In this document: one piece after another, positions 20,401 to 29,640 of the stretch | Layout of the letters: every line of letters begins with the position of its first letter | Position numbering within the stretch: position 1 is the first letter of the stretch | NCBI GenBank assembly: GCA_004211885.1 | Contig: SHBV01000005.1 | Location: 11,391 to 75,390, forward strand | Source of the DNA: Verrucomicrobiaceae bacterium | Lineage (GTDB): Bacteria; Verrucomicrobiota; Verrucomicrobiia; Verrucomicrobiales; DEV007 | Length of the DNA stretch: 64,000 bases | Reading direction: 5' to 3' | Notes under the pieces: generated by a model | What the model was told of the DNA's origin: nothing | The model's input: only the letters and a program-made list of their open reading frames with translations | The model's database searches: none | Program-made: the position numbers and the translations under genes

Positions 20401-23051
20401 ATACTTTGACAGTTCCATATTCTGATGATCCTCAGCCTAATTTTGCATATTATTGCTATAATGGAGTCCCAGACTGGAAGGGGGCCCTGAGGCCAGGTTC
20501 TACTCCTGTCATTACTTATTCATCGGAAACTTTAACTAAGGTTCCAGTCTATCATATGATTGTTAAAGAGTCTGATGTGTTGGGTTGCATGTATAATGAT
20601 TCATCAGGTTCAGCAAGATCCTATAAGTATTACGCTACGGTAGTGTATGATGGCGAAGTTTATGACCATATTAAGTTTAGGCTCAAGGGTCAGGCATCCA
20701 CTAGAGTCACCGGTAAGAATAAGATTAAGTGGAACTTCAATCGGAGTCACAGGTTCCAGGCGCGTGATAATTATGGGAAAAAATATGACCGCAAATGGGA
20801 TAAATTTGCTTTGCAGACTGGTACCTGTCCTTGGTGGGGCAGTAACGCGTCGACTGGCGGCATGATTCTCAATGAGTTTGCGAGCTATAAATTTTACCGA
20901 TTATGTGGCCTCGCGTCATGTAATACGACCCTCTTTCATTTAAGGATCGTCGATGATGCTCAGGAATCGAATCCGAACGATCAGTACGATGGTGATTTTT
21001 GGGGTCTTTATTTGGCCCTCGAAGAACCGGACGGTCGTTTTCTTGATGAGATGGGAATGCCTGACGGTAATCTCTATAAGATGAATGGTGGCGCTACAAA
21101 GAGAAATCAGGGACCTGATCAGGTCTCCAGTAACTCGGATGTTAGTTCTTTCATTAGTGCTAAGAATAGAGCGAATAATCTGAGTTGGTGGGAAGAGAAC
21201 ACGAACTTATCCAGTTATTATAATTACAAGATTGGGACGACGCTGATCAATAACACTGACCTTAGGAGTGAGTGGAATTGCCTTTATTATCATAGACCTA
21301 TCATTCCTGGTGACCCTAATTCAGATAAGTGGGAAATGTTGCCTTGGGATCTGGACCTGACATGGGAGAGTAAATTCCATATTCGTTCAGAGAATGTTTG
21401 GGAGAATTGGCAAAATGTTTTTAGGTATGATGACGCGGAGACAGACTTTGAAAATCGTTCCCGTGAAGTTTGGGATTTACTTTGCAGTTCAGGAGAAGGA
21501 GCAAAGGTCGTTGAAGAAATGAAGAGGTTCATGGACGGTGATGGGATCACTAGGGTCGTTGAAGCGAATCAAGCGATGTGGGATTATCATCCGCGTAAAC
21601 GTAAAAAAGGAATATGGTACAGGAATAATCCAAGGCTTCCCTCATCAAAAAGGAACTGGGAAGGTCTTGTTGAATACATGAAGAATTTTGTTTCTCCGGG
21701 AGGTTATGGGGCAGGACGGCTCATTAATGAAAAAGCTGATACCAGTTCTATAGTGCCGAATAAGCCGACCATTTCTTCTACCGGTGATCCTGACTTTTCG
21801 ACCAATGATCTTCGTTTTGGTAGTTCTAACTTTTCAGGTCGTGGGAGTTCATTTGCTGGTATGGAGTGGCGATTGGCAGAGGTAACGGATCCAGGTTCTG
21901 AAATCTTTGACCCTGAAAGTCCTTGGGTCTATGAGATTGATTCTGTTTGGGAGTCCGGAGAGTTGACTTCTTTCGACCGTCAAATTTTGGTTCCTCCTCT
22001 TGCTGTGCGAGTCGGCCACACGTATCGGGCCAGGGTCCGACACCTTTCAAGTTCGGGTCAGTGGAGCCATTGGTCAGATCCGGTTCAGTTCGTTGCCGCG
22101 AGTCCGGACATTTCAGTTTATAAAGAGAGCCTCGTCATTAGTGAATTTATGTACAATCCCTTGAACGCTAATGATGCGGAGCAATTGGCTGGTTTTAGTA
22201 CTAGTGATTTTGAATTCATTGAACTTAAGAATGTTGGTGATGTGTCCTTAGATCTTAGAAATATAAGATTTACCAAAGGCATTGATTTTGATTTTGTGGA
22301 TGGGACTATCCTCTCTCTTCTTCCGGGAGAATATATTGTAGTTGCACGGAACATTAATGCATTTGAATCGAGGTACGATGACATTGCTCGTGTCACTGGC
22401 CAGTACGGCCCGGATAACCTTTCTAATGGCGGAGAAAATGTAAAATTATCTTATGGTGCAGGAGTGCCCATTCATGAGTTTAGGTATGATGATGATGATC
22501 CCTGGCCACAAGGAGCAGATGGTGAAGGATTTTCTCTTACTCTTTTGAGTCTCGAATCGGTTCCTGATCATAGTCTGGCCGAGAACTGGGCAATTAGTTC
22601 TGGTATAGGGGGAAGCCCTAGTAAAGATGAGGAGAGTGTCTCTTTCAGTGCATGGAAAGGGTCTGTATTTTCTCCTGATGAACTGCTTGACCCTTCATTT
22701 TCTGGCGACCTTGTCGATCCTGATAATGATGGGATCGTTAATTTTCTTGAATATGCTTTTGGTGGTGATCCGAAAATTTCAGATCAGGGCATTGGTCCAA
22801 AATCTTTGATATGGGAAGAGGACACAGAAGACTATTTGGTTCTAAGTTTCCGGAAAAGATTAGGGGCGAATGATATCCATTATTTCATAGAGTATTCGAC
22901 TGATCTTATTTCTTGGAATTTGGCAACTGAGGTGGCCCTCTCTGATACCGTTAACCATGGTGATGGATCCATAACTGAAACATATAGAATCTCTAAGATT
23001 AGTGATTCCGGTAAGAGTCAGTTCTTGAGAGTTAAGATTCAGAGCAAGTGA
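17475..23051 (+). CDS. Giant secreted protein: unassigned N-terminal domain + 3 FN3-like repeats + lamin-tail domain (LTD) + galactose-binding-like + CotH kinase-like domain + second LTD + C-terminal beta-sandwich
   Basis: The 1858-aa ORF has a signal peptide. The LTD signatures are VINEIHYD...EFIELYNPTDSAIDLSGWRF...NEGENVRL and VISEFMYNP...FEFIELKNVGDVSLDLRNIRF...NGGENVKL. The CotH-like core reads YDGEVYDHIKFRLKGQASTR...KWNFN...FWGLYLALEEPDGRFLDE...GNLYKMNG. Three ~100-aa repeats lie at nt ~18150-19070. Confidence 0.85.
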   Translation: MTLKTPPMKIKQLFIISFLFVLSVLPVIADSIGFSFNSDRDNTAMDETTVAGIVPSSGWISTDGGADAQTGANGSISNRGVKVDWSSNGTWNTNNGVSNGDNQLMNGYIDAIGAGGSAQIIINGINNTFTGSYDLYVYFGSDGNDRTGKIELEGGQTYSFRTLSQQGGNFPAQYKRTTDTGNGNPRSNYALFEGLTGDSQTLNLIRGSSNSGFHGIQIVGIEDPDLASVELQSATLIRSDSARIRGRVTSIGNDEPAIAFYYGKSDAGTDEQGWENSVTLPGKYSASFSAQLNGLEPGSEYFFRALASNSAGESWSPDSLSFKTRVAPPSIVNLAVSGIDATSVTLGSQVTVTGGEDPEVIIYYGRSDGGKVPAGWELSKSLGSQSGVADVSVSGLLQNTQYFFRAFAQNSGGSGWSESSGSFLTDKISPPVVSNRTVSNISGSTANLRGTITDSGGSDPSITFYFGSTDGGTDPSAWARSVNIGTRSGDFSFFVSGLDPLTKYFYRTFASNAGGVVWASKTEQFETTDSNVSEIVINEIHYDVPDKTVRAEFIELYNPTDSAIDLSGWRFSSAVNYTFPNGTNIQAGGYLVVAEDPQTILSEWGVNSLGPWNGSLSNEGENVRLRDLTDRIVDEVDYQAGFPWPVVGSSPGYSIELINPGLENDLGGNWRSSVGTAGGDGSTLIAGGSSWKLFKGVTEPSAANGAWRQINFDDSDWAEGEASIGFGEGFLNTNLSDMRGNYSTVYFRKSFNIDNPAQIGSLLLSAQIDDGFNAWINGKHIASTNVSGPELGHDATANSSGENKSFEEYPVANFGGLLVEGENVLCVQLLNGSLNGSSDAFFDAILQVNTSAGEGPSPGFPNTVFSVNSPPQIRKLEHLPKQPAEGDLVTITALITDADTVSSATLQYQIVEPGSYIRLSDSLYDSKWIDVPMNDSGNAGDEFAEDNVWSVQVPGSVQRNRRLIRYRIIVSDALDNTLTVPYSDDPQPNFAYYCYNGVPDWKGALRPGSTPVITYSSETLTKVPVYHMIVKESDVLGCMYNDSSGSARSYKYYATVVYDGEVYDHIKFRLKGQASTRVTGKNKIKWNFNRSHRFQARDNYGKKYDRKWDKFALQTGTCPWWGSNASTGGMILNEFASYKFYRLCGLASCNTTLFHLRIVDDAQESNPNDQYDGDFWGLYLALEEPDGRFLDEMGMPDGNLYKMNGGATKRNQGPDQVSSNSDVSSFISAKNRANNLSWWEENTNLSSYYNYKIGTTLINNTDLRSEWNCLYYHRPIIPGDPNSDKWEMLPWDLDLTWESKFHIRSENVWENWQNVFRYDDAETDFENRSREVWDLLCSSGEGAKVVEEMKRFMDGDGITRVVEANQAMWDYHPRKRKKGIWYRNNPRLPSSKRNWEGLVEYMKNFVSPGGYGAGRLINEKADTSSIVPNKPTISSTGDPDFSTNDLRFGSSNFSGRGSSFAGMEWRLAEVTDPGSEIFDPESPWVYEIDSVWESGELTSFDRQILVPPLAVRVGHTYRARVRHLSSSGQWSHWSDPVQFVAASPDISVYKESLVISEFMYNPLNANDAEQLAGFSTSDFEFIELKNVGDVSLDLRNIRFTKGIDFDFVDGTILSLLPGEYIVVARNINAFESRYDDIARVTGQYGPDNLSNGGENVKLSYGAGVPIHEFRYDDDDPWPQGADGEGFSLTLLSLESVPDHSLAENWAISSGIGGSPSKDEESVSFSAWKGSVFSPDELLDPSFSGDLVDPDNDGIVNFLEYAFGGDPKISDQGIGPKSLIWEEDTEDYLVLSFRKRLGANDIHYFIEYSTDLISWNLATEVALSDTVNHGDGSITETYRISKISDSGKSQFLRVKIQSK

Positions 23052-23122
23052 TTCTTGATTAAAGAGTTCTTATTGAACTTGCCATATTCATCTTCCGTTA
23101 ATACTTTAAGGACTCCCCGGTG

Positions 23123-26100
23123 ATGAAATTCACATTCAAGACTAAAACCATAATTGCTGTTACTATTGCTCTTTGCGGATGTGATCGTGCAGACGAACGT
23201 GTAGAAGTCCCTGATGATAAGCGCCAAGAGTTCATTAGGTTTGAAAAGAGTCAGTATGATAATGTCTTTTTTGCTCCTCTCAAGGAGCGCAAAGTTACAG
23301 ATTCGAAAAAACTTTTCACTAGACTCTTACCAAAGACCACGGGGGTTAATTTTCAGAACCGTATTGATATCAAAGAACCACTGAAAAGACTCTACCATTC
23401 TGGATTTGTTTGTGGTGGAGTAGCGCTAGGTGATTTTAACGGGGACACTAGGCTGGATATTTTTCTAGTGAGTGGGCCAGGAAAGAACAAACTCTACATA
23501 CAGCGGGAGGATTTTCGATTTGAGGACATGAGTTCAACTGCAGGAATTGAAGAAGGAGATGACTGGGGAGCTGGAGTCGCTGCTGTAGACATTGAGAGTG
23601 ATGGAGACCTTGATCTTTACATTTGTAATTATGATTCTGCGAACTCGCTTTATATCAATGATGGTAAAGGTCATTTCACTGAGTCGGCTACGCGTTCAGG
23701 GATAGATGTTGTGGATGCATCTCTCGTTCCGACATTTTGTGACTTTGATCAGGACGGAGACCTTGACCTTTATGTATTAACGAACCGTTATTACAGAGAA
23801 GGTGGCCGTCCTGCCAAGCCGCCATTCCAAAAGACAGACAAGGGAGATTTAATTGTGAGTCCTGACTTTCAGAAGTTTTATGGCATCAAGCAAAAGGGTC
23901 CGAAGTCATATGACATGGACGAGATTGGGAGACCGGACCTTTTGTTTCGTAATGATGGTGGAACCTTTGTGAATATAAGTAAGAGTGCTGGAATACAGAA
24001 AGAAGGGCACGGGCTCTCAGCGACTTGGTGGGACTATGATGGGGACGGGTTGATGGACATTTATGTTGCTAATGACTTTGCTGATCCAGACAACCTATTC
24101 CGTAACAATGGAGATGGAACCTTTACCGATATCATAACGAAGGTATTAAATTATACTCCATGGTTCTCTATGGGAGCCGATGCCGGTGATATTAATAATG
24201 ACGGTCTCCTTGATTTTGTTGCATTGGATATGGCAGCGACAACACACTACAAGTCAAAAATGTCAATGGGAGAAATGGGAGCCATGCGGTGGGTAATCGA
24301 AGCGGCAAGGCCCCGCCAAGTGATGCGTAATTGCCTTTATCTTAATCAGGGCAATGGTCTCTTTTCCGAAAATGCCAGTTTGTCGGGATTAGCTAATTCG
24401 GACTGGTCCTGGGCCGCTAAGTTAGCCGACTATGATAATGATGGGCGCGTTGATCTCTTTGTTTCGAACGGGATGGCACGTGACTTTAATAATTCTGACA
24501 TCACGTTCACTTCTCAGGATCAGATCGGAAAGAGTGAGTGGGATCATTATGAAAATGCCCCGACCAAGCCTGAACAAAACCTTGCTTTTCAGAACTTGGG
24601 AGATTTACAATTTGCCAACGTGAGTGAGGACTGGGGCCTTGATCATGTTGGAATGAGTTATGCTTCAGCTCATGGTGACTTTGATAAGGACGGAGACCTT
24701 GATCTATTAGTCGTTAATTTAAATGAGCCGGTTTCTATTTATAGGAACGAGTCGGGTTCCGGTCATGCTGCATTAGTGACGCTGAGGGGGAGCCAATCTA
24801 ACCGAAACGGTATCGGTGCATTCGTTGAAATTGTTGCTGGTGATCTTAAGCATGTGCGACAATTGGTGCCTTTGTCGGGTTATCTTTCCAGCAATGAAAG
24901 CTCGCTTCATTTTGGGCTCGGTGAGGCTGAAGGCATTCAGAGTTTGAAGGTCCGTTGGCCTAACGGGGGAGTGCAGGAATTTAGTGACTTGCCCGTCAAT
25001 AAACACATTATTATTTCGGAGACCAATGATAATCTGCGGCCCTATTCTCGTGCAGAACAGAAACCTATGTTTGTGAAGCATTCAGGATTGAGTGGAATCA
25101 TTCATAAAGAAAAGATTTACGAAGACTTTATTCATCAGCCCTTATTGCCTCATAAAATGTCCCAGTTAGGTCCTGGCATTGCCTTTGCGGATGTGGACGG
25201 TAACGGGACTGAAGACTTTTTCATTGGCTGCGCACGTGGTCAGTCCGGGGCCATTTTTTTGAGTGATGGTAAGGGAGGATTTAAGGTTGAGGGTAATGGA
25301 CAACCGTTCGCGGACCACGTCGATTCAGAAGACATGGGCGTTCTATTCTTTGATGCAGATTCTGACGGTGATCCTGACTTATATGTGTCATCTGGAAGCT
25401 ATGAATATAAGAAAGGTGATCCGAAGGTAAGAGATAGGCTTTATGTGAATGATGGATCAGGTCAGTTCGCATCTGCTCCAGAAGGCTCTTTGCCGAAATT
25501 CACGGATAATAGCAGTGTAGTTTGCGGAGCGGATTTTGACCGTGACGGTGATTTGGATCTTTTTGTAGGAGGCAGAGTATTGAGTGGAGAATATCCTCTA
25601 GCGGCAACGAGTAGGATTTTAATTAATGAATCTGTTCCTGGGCAGAGCATTCGTTTTGTTGCTAGTTCTAATGATCAGGTATCAGCTCTTGCAAATGCAG
25701 GAATGGTTACCTCAGCACTGTGGACTGAAGTCAATGGTGATGGTTGGGTAGATCTTATGGTCACAACAGAGTGGGGGCCTGTTAGAGTATTTTTGAATGA
25801 TTCCGGAAAACTAGTAGAAGCCACTAAGGAGTCAGGCCTTGCAAATATTCTGGGCTGGTGGAATAGCATCACTGGTGCTGACATTGACAATGATGGTGAC
25901 ATTGATTATGCAATTGGTAATTCGGGCCAGAACACAAAGTATTATGCATCTGTAAAAAAACCGATTCGTATTTACTATGGAGATTATGAAGGGAACGGCT
26001 CCAAAAGTATTGTTGAGGCTAAGTATGAAAATGGAGTCTTATTACCGATCAGAGGCAAGAGTTGTTCGACATCTGCAATACCTTCGCTGGGAGAAAAGTT

Positions 26101-26836
26101 TAAAACTTTCCATCAATTTGCAAGCTCTTCATTGAGTGACATTTATACACCTGCGAGGCTCAAGGGTTCTGCTGTTTTTGAAGCCAATGAATTGTCATCT
26201 GGAATACTTGTAAATAATGGAAAAGGTTCATTCACTTTTAAGGCGTTGCCAAGTGCGGCTCAGAACGCTCCCATTTTTGGTCTTAACTTTTGTGATGTTA
26301 ATGGTGACGGAAATTTAGATCTTTATGCGGCACAAAATTTTTCGGTGACACAATTTGAAACGCCTCCTTATCGTGGTGGACTGAGTCAATTAATGTTAGG
26401 TGATGGTGAGGGAGGCTTTAAAGCATTGACCGCGTCCGAGAGTGGTCTGATTGTTCCAACTGATGGAAGAGGTTTGGCGAGGACAGATATTAATGGGGAC
26501 GGGTTACCTGATTTTGTAGTTGCTGTGAATGATGGCGAATTACAGGCATTCACTCGTGTAGCTGACGGACCTAGGCCTAAGAAAGTCATTCTTAAAGGGG
26601 CAAAGGGCAATCCAATGGCAGCCGGTTCAAAAATTTTGTTCAAATCTAAAAATGTTAAAGGTAGGATACGCGTTGAGGAAATTTACCAGGGAGGAGGCTA
26701 CTTGTCTCAGTCAGGTAATGCTATTTACATTGATTCGTCCTTTGATTCGTTGATTATCTCTTGGCCTGATGGCAAGAAAACGGAGCATTCGTTGTCTGCA
26801 GAGAAGTATGAATTTACATTCACTCAGCCCGATTGA
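23123..26836 (+). CDS. Exported FG-GAP/VCBS + ASPIC/UnbV protein, paralog of 276..4049; probable lipoprotein
   Basis: The ~1237-aa ORF has a lipobox-like IALCGC. It is collinear with the first gene over its full length, roughly half the residues being identical by eye (LYINDGKGHFTESATRSGIDVVDASL vs LYINDGKGAFTESAKDSGTDVKDASL). UnbV motifs are NRNGIGAFVE and GGGYLSQSG...ISWPDG. Confidence 0.85.
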   Translation: MKFTFKTKTIIAVTIALCGCDRADERVEVPDDKRQEFIRFEKSQYDNVFFAPLKERKVTDSKKLFTRLLPKTTGVNFQNRIDIKEPLKRLYHSGFVCGGVALGDFNGDTRLDIFLVSGPGKNKLYIQREDFRFEDMSSTAGIEEGDDWGAGVAAVDIESDGDLDLYICNYDSANSLYINDGKGHFTESATRSGIDVVDASLVPTFCDFDQDGDLDLYVLTNRYYREGGRPAKPPFQKTDKGDLIVSPDFQKFYGIKQKGPKSYDMDEIGRPDLLFRNDGGTFVNISKSAGIQKEGHGLSATWWDYDGDGLMDIYVANDFADPDNLFRNNGDGTFTDIITKVLNYTPWFSMGADAGDINNDGLLDFVALDMAATTHYKSKMSMGEMGAMRWVIEAARPRQVMRNCLYLNQGNGLFSENASLSGLANSDWSWAAKLADYDNDGRVDLFVSNGMARDFNNSDITFTSQDQIGKSEWDHYENAPTKPEQNLAFQNLGDLQFANVSEDWGLDHVGMSYASAHGDFDKDGDLDLLVVNLNEPVSIYRNESGSGHAALVTLRGSQSNRNGIGAFVEIVAGDLKHVRQLVPLSGYLSSNESSLHFGLGEAEGIQSLKVRWPNGGVQEFSDLPVNKHIIISETNDNLRPYSRAEQKPMFVKHSGLSGIIHKEKIYEDFIHQPLLPHKMSQLGPGIAFADVDGNGTEDFFIGCARGQSGAIFLSDGKGGFKVEGNGQPFADHVDSEDMGVLFFDADSDGDPDLYVSSGSYEYKKGDPKVRDRLYVNDGSGQFASAPEGSLPKFTDNSSVVCGADFDRDGDLDLFVGGRVLSGEYPLAATSRILINESVPGQSIRFVASSNDQVSALANAGMVTSALWTEVNGDGWVDLMVTTEWGPVRVFLNDSGKLVEATKESGLANILGWWNSITGADIDNDGDIDYAIGNSGQNTKYYASVKKPIRIYYGDYEGNGSKSIVEAKYENGVLLPIRGKSCSTSAIPSLGEKFKTFHQFASSSLSDIYTPARLKGSAVFEANELSSGILVNNGKGSFTFKALPSAAQNAPIFGLNFCDVNGDGNLDLYAAQNFSVTQFETPPYRGGLSQLMLGDGEGGFKALTASESGLIVPTDGRGLARTDINGDGLPDFVVAVNDGELQAFTRVADGPRPKKVILKGAKGNPMAAGSKILFKSKNVKGRIRVEEIYQGGGYLSQSGNAIYIDSSFDSLIISWPDGKKTEHSLSAEKYEFTFTQPD

Positions 26837-26936
26837 ATTATATTTCTTTGCGAATCAAATGCTGTGCTTCGTTGACAGTTTGGCTCTCAGGGGGCAACAT
26901 ATCGGCCCGCAACGGAGCGGTTAATAGAATAAAACC

Positions 26937-27815
26937 ATGTCATCACATAATCTTATACTAGGATTGCCTAATGGAAGTCTACAGAATGCGACTCTCGATT
27001 TGTTTGAGAAGGCGGGTTGGAACATTTATGTTTCTTCTCGTTCATACAGACCAACTTCTGACGACAAGGAGCTTGAATTGAGGCTCATACGCGCGCAGGA
27101 GATAGGAAGATACGTTGATCATGGATTTCTAGATTGTGGAATCACGGGAAAGGATTGGATTGCAGAAAATCGGGCCGATGTTGAGGTGATTTGTGATCTT
27201 GCATATAGTCGATCATCCACGAACCCGACCCGGTGGGTCTTAGTCGTTCCTGAAAATTCACCTATTCAGACAGTCCATGATTTAGAAGGTAAGAGAATAG
27301 CGACTGAGAGTGTCGGATTGACGACTGATTTTCTTAAGAGTAAAGGAGTCAATGCCGAAGTTGAATTCAGTTGGGGTGCCACTGAAGTGAAAGTTCCTGA
27401 ACTCGTTGATGCTATTGTTGATGTTACGGAGACAGGCTCATCCTTAAGAGCCAATAAGCTTAGGATCGTTGATACTTTGATGGAGTCTTTCCCCCAATTT
27501 GTGGCTAATAAGTCAGCTATGCAGGATGAGTGGAAGCGTGAAAAGTTGGAACGTATCGGGATGCTTCTCACAGCGGCTCAAGCAGCTAGGGATGTTGTGG
27601 GGCTAAAAATGAACATCTTAAGTGCGAACCTTGATCAGTTACTCGAAAATCTTCCTGCATTGCGCAATCCAACAGTATCAAGACTAGCTGATGAGAGTTG
27701 GGTTGCGATAGAAACGGTCCTTGATGAGGCAGTCGTGCGAGAATTGATACCTGAACTTAAAGCCATGGGAGCAGAGGGAATCATTGAGTATCCTCTCAAT
27801 AAACTCGTTCTTTAA
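26937..27815 (+). CDS. hisG: ATP phosphoribosyltransferase, long form
   Basis: The 292-aa ORF has the N-terminus [22 protein letters not shown]. It contains the motifs [11 protein letters not shown] and [10 protein letters not shown], plus a C-terminal regulatory domain. Confidence 0.9.
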   Translation: MSSHNLILGLPNGSLQNATLDLFEKAGWNIYVSSRSYRPTSDDKELELRLIRAQEIGRYVDHGFLDCGITGKDWIAENRADVEVICDLAYSRSSTNPTRWVLVVPENSPIQTVHDLEGKRIATESVGLTTDFLKSKGVNAEVEFSWGATEVKVPELVDAIVDVTETGSSLRANKLRIVDTLMESFPQFVANKSAMQDEWKREKLERIGMLLTAAQAARDVVGLKMNILSANLDQLLENLPALRNPTVSRLADESWVAIETVLDEAVVRELIPELKAMGAEGIIEYPLNKLVL

Positions 27816-27890
27816 ACGATAATAACTCATTATTGAAATTTTAAGAAAGAGCAATAAATAGAGGAAAAGGCCTAGTCTTTATAAAAATAA

Positions 27891-27920
27891 TTGGCAAATG
27901 CGCCGGAATGATGGTATAAA
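27891..27920 (+). promoter_or_regulatory. Sigma-70-like promoter candidate for the small basic-peptide gene
   Basis: TTGGCA (27891-27896) is followed by an 18-nt spacer and TATAAA (27915-27920). This lies ~40 nt upstream of ATG 27962. Confidence 0.35.
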
Positions 27921-27961
27921 CGCCCCCCCCAGAGTCTTTTCTTGGGGTTTAATATTATAAA

Positions 27962-28066
27962 ATGGGATCACTCAAAAAAAGACGGAAGACCAAAATCAAT
28001 AAGCATAAGCGTAGTAAGCGTAATAGGGCTAATCGCCACAAGAAGCGTTTGCGTTATAAGTCCTGA
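27962..28066 (+). CDS. 34-aa highly basic peptide resembling ribosomal protein bS22 (AURKAIP1/COX24-type)
   Basis: This gene is below the ORF-track cutoff. I translated it by hand as MGSLKKRRKTKINKHKRSKRNRANRHKKRLRYKS*. The MGS-x-KKRRK...KHKR...R-rich pattern matches my recollection of actinobacterial bS22 (MGSVIKKRRKRM.KKKHRKLL...). It has its own promoter-like element. Confidence 0.6.
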   Translation: MGSLKKRRKTKINKHKRSKRNRANRHKKRLRYKS

Positions 28067-28184
28067 TTGCTTGGTAGATGATTTAGATTTAAGGGCAGAT
28101 ATTCCCTTAATAATACGCAGAGAATATTTCTCATTGGCGTAATTGATGTTTTGATTAGCCTCTATTGCCTCAATTAAGAGCAAA

Positions 28185-29531
28185 TTATCCTTCTTCGGAT
28201 CCTTCTTTGTTTAGATCTTTCTCGAGCTCTTCAAGAAGTTCGGCTTTCAGTTCATCCTTAAGCTCTTGTTTGATATCGTGTATAATATCGTGTTTGATAT
28301 CTTCCCTGAGTTCAGCTTGAAGGATTTTTTTTAGTTCCTCTGTGGGCCCGCTATAGTAACCATCACCATAATATCCGTGATCATGATAGTCATGGTCGTA
28401 ATGATGGTCATCAGTGTATGTATCTGATTCGACTGGAACACTGCCTCCCTTTGCTTGATCGCTGTATCCCCATACAGAGTCACTGGTCGGATCAACTGGT
28501 TCAGTTTGTTCATTGAGCCCTGTGTGGTATTCATCAAATGCGGCACTCTCATCACTTCCTTCAATGACATCACTGCCCTGATCTTCATAAACGACTTCAT
28601 TATCAGGATTATATTCGAGGGCCCCAGTGCCTGAGGATCCGGTGCTTTTAGGCTCATTTTCTTTAGTTTCTTTTTTTGTGTTCTTTTGACTTTGGATGAG
28701 TGCTTGGCGGTCTCTTTCTTTTTCTTGTGCCTCTTTTTTGGCCTCTTTCCATTCCATGTACCAGGCCATCCAAATACAAAATTCGTATAAAAGTATCATT
28801 GGTCCAGCGAGTAAGGACATCGTGAATATGTCCGGCGTGGGCGTGATCACTGCGGCAAGAATAAACATTGCGACGATGGCGTAGGAACGGGTCGCTCGCA
28901 TCATCTTAGAATCTAGAAGATCTAATTTAACGAGCGTCAGAACAACGACCGGCAATTCGAAGCAAACTCCAAATACAAGGCATAGCATTGTTATGAAAGA
29001 GACCGTATATTTGAACCGCAGATCTGTTTCGATGCCGACACCGGTATTAAAAGTGTCAAAAAATTCCAATGCTCTTGGTATCACTACAAAGTAGGCGAAT
29101 AAGACACCGATGCTAAAGAGTATAAAACTTGCAAAAACTACCGGTAAAATTAGTTTCTTTTCTTTTTTGTTCAGTCCTGGAATAATGAACTCTCCAATGA
29201 AATAGAGAAGGATTGGGAAAGAGCCGATCAGTGCTGCGTATAGGCAGATCTTAATGACACTCATGAATCCTTCGACAGGGGTGAACACACTGAGATCTGT
29301 ATCTAGGTTGGCATCTCCCTCATTGGCCTTGGTTATAGGATACTCAATAACCTTAATAAGGTCCTTGTAAAAAAAGAAAGCAATGATGGTACAGGCGATC
29401 AGTGTCCCGAACACCTTGACCATTGTTCCACGAAGGTCCTCCAAGTGATCCAGAAATGGTTTTTCTTGATCCTGAAACTTTTTTGCTGCGGCGTTACCGC
29501 CGAGGCTGAGTAGTTTCTTGAGGAAAATCAT
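28185..29531 (-). CDS. tatC: Twin-arginine translocase subunit TatC with ~185-aa acidic/His-Tyr-rich C-terminal extension
   Basis: The N-terminal ~260 aa has the TatC pattern (PFLDHLEDLRGTMVK..., six TM helices, FxxPGL-like IIPGLNKKEKK). The C-terminal tail is low-complexity. Confidence 0.85.
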   Translation of the reverse strand: MIFLKKLLSLGGNAAAKKFQDQEKPFLDHLEDLRGTMVKVFGTLIACTIIAFFFYKDLIKVIEYPITKANEGDANLDTDLSVFTPVEGFMSVIKICLYAALIGSFPILLYFIGEFIIPGLNKKEKKLILPVVFASFILFSIGVLFAYFVVIPRALEFFDTFNTGVGIETDLRFKYTVSFITMLCLVFGVCFELPVVVLTLVKLDLLDSKMMRATRSYAIVAMFILAAVITPTPDIFTMSLLAGPMILLYEFCIWMAWYMEWKEAKKEAQEKERDRQALIQSQKNTKKETKENEPKSTGSSGTGALEYNPDNEVVYEDQGSDVIEGSDESAAFDEYHTGLNEQTEPVDPTSDSVWGYSDQAKGGSVPVESDTYTDDHHYDHDYHDHGYYGDGYYSGPTEELKKILQAELREDIKHDIIHDIKQELKDELKAELLEELEKDLNKEGSEEG

Positions 29532-29640
29532 TTTAAATTCTGAGGGTTACTGACAATTATTGTGGGGCTTTTTTGATAGCTCAGTCCAGACGAAATGCAA
29601 ACTAAGTACTCAAATCTTTACGGATTTAGAATTTTTTTGC

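Noticed and set aside
27923-27930. I considered whether the C8 homopolymer in the leader of the bS22-like gene is a phase-variation tract.
   Set aside because: It is a single short tract outside coding sequence, with no evidence of length variation. I noted it only within the bS22 finding.
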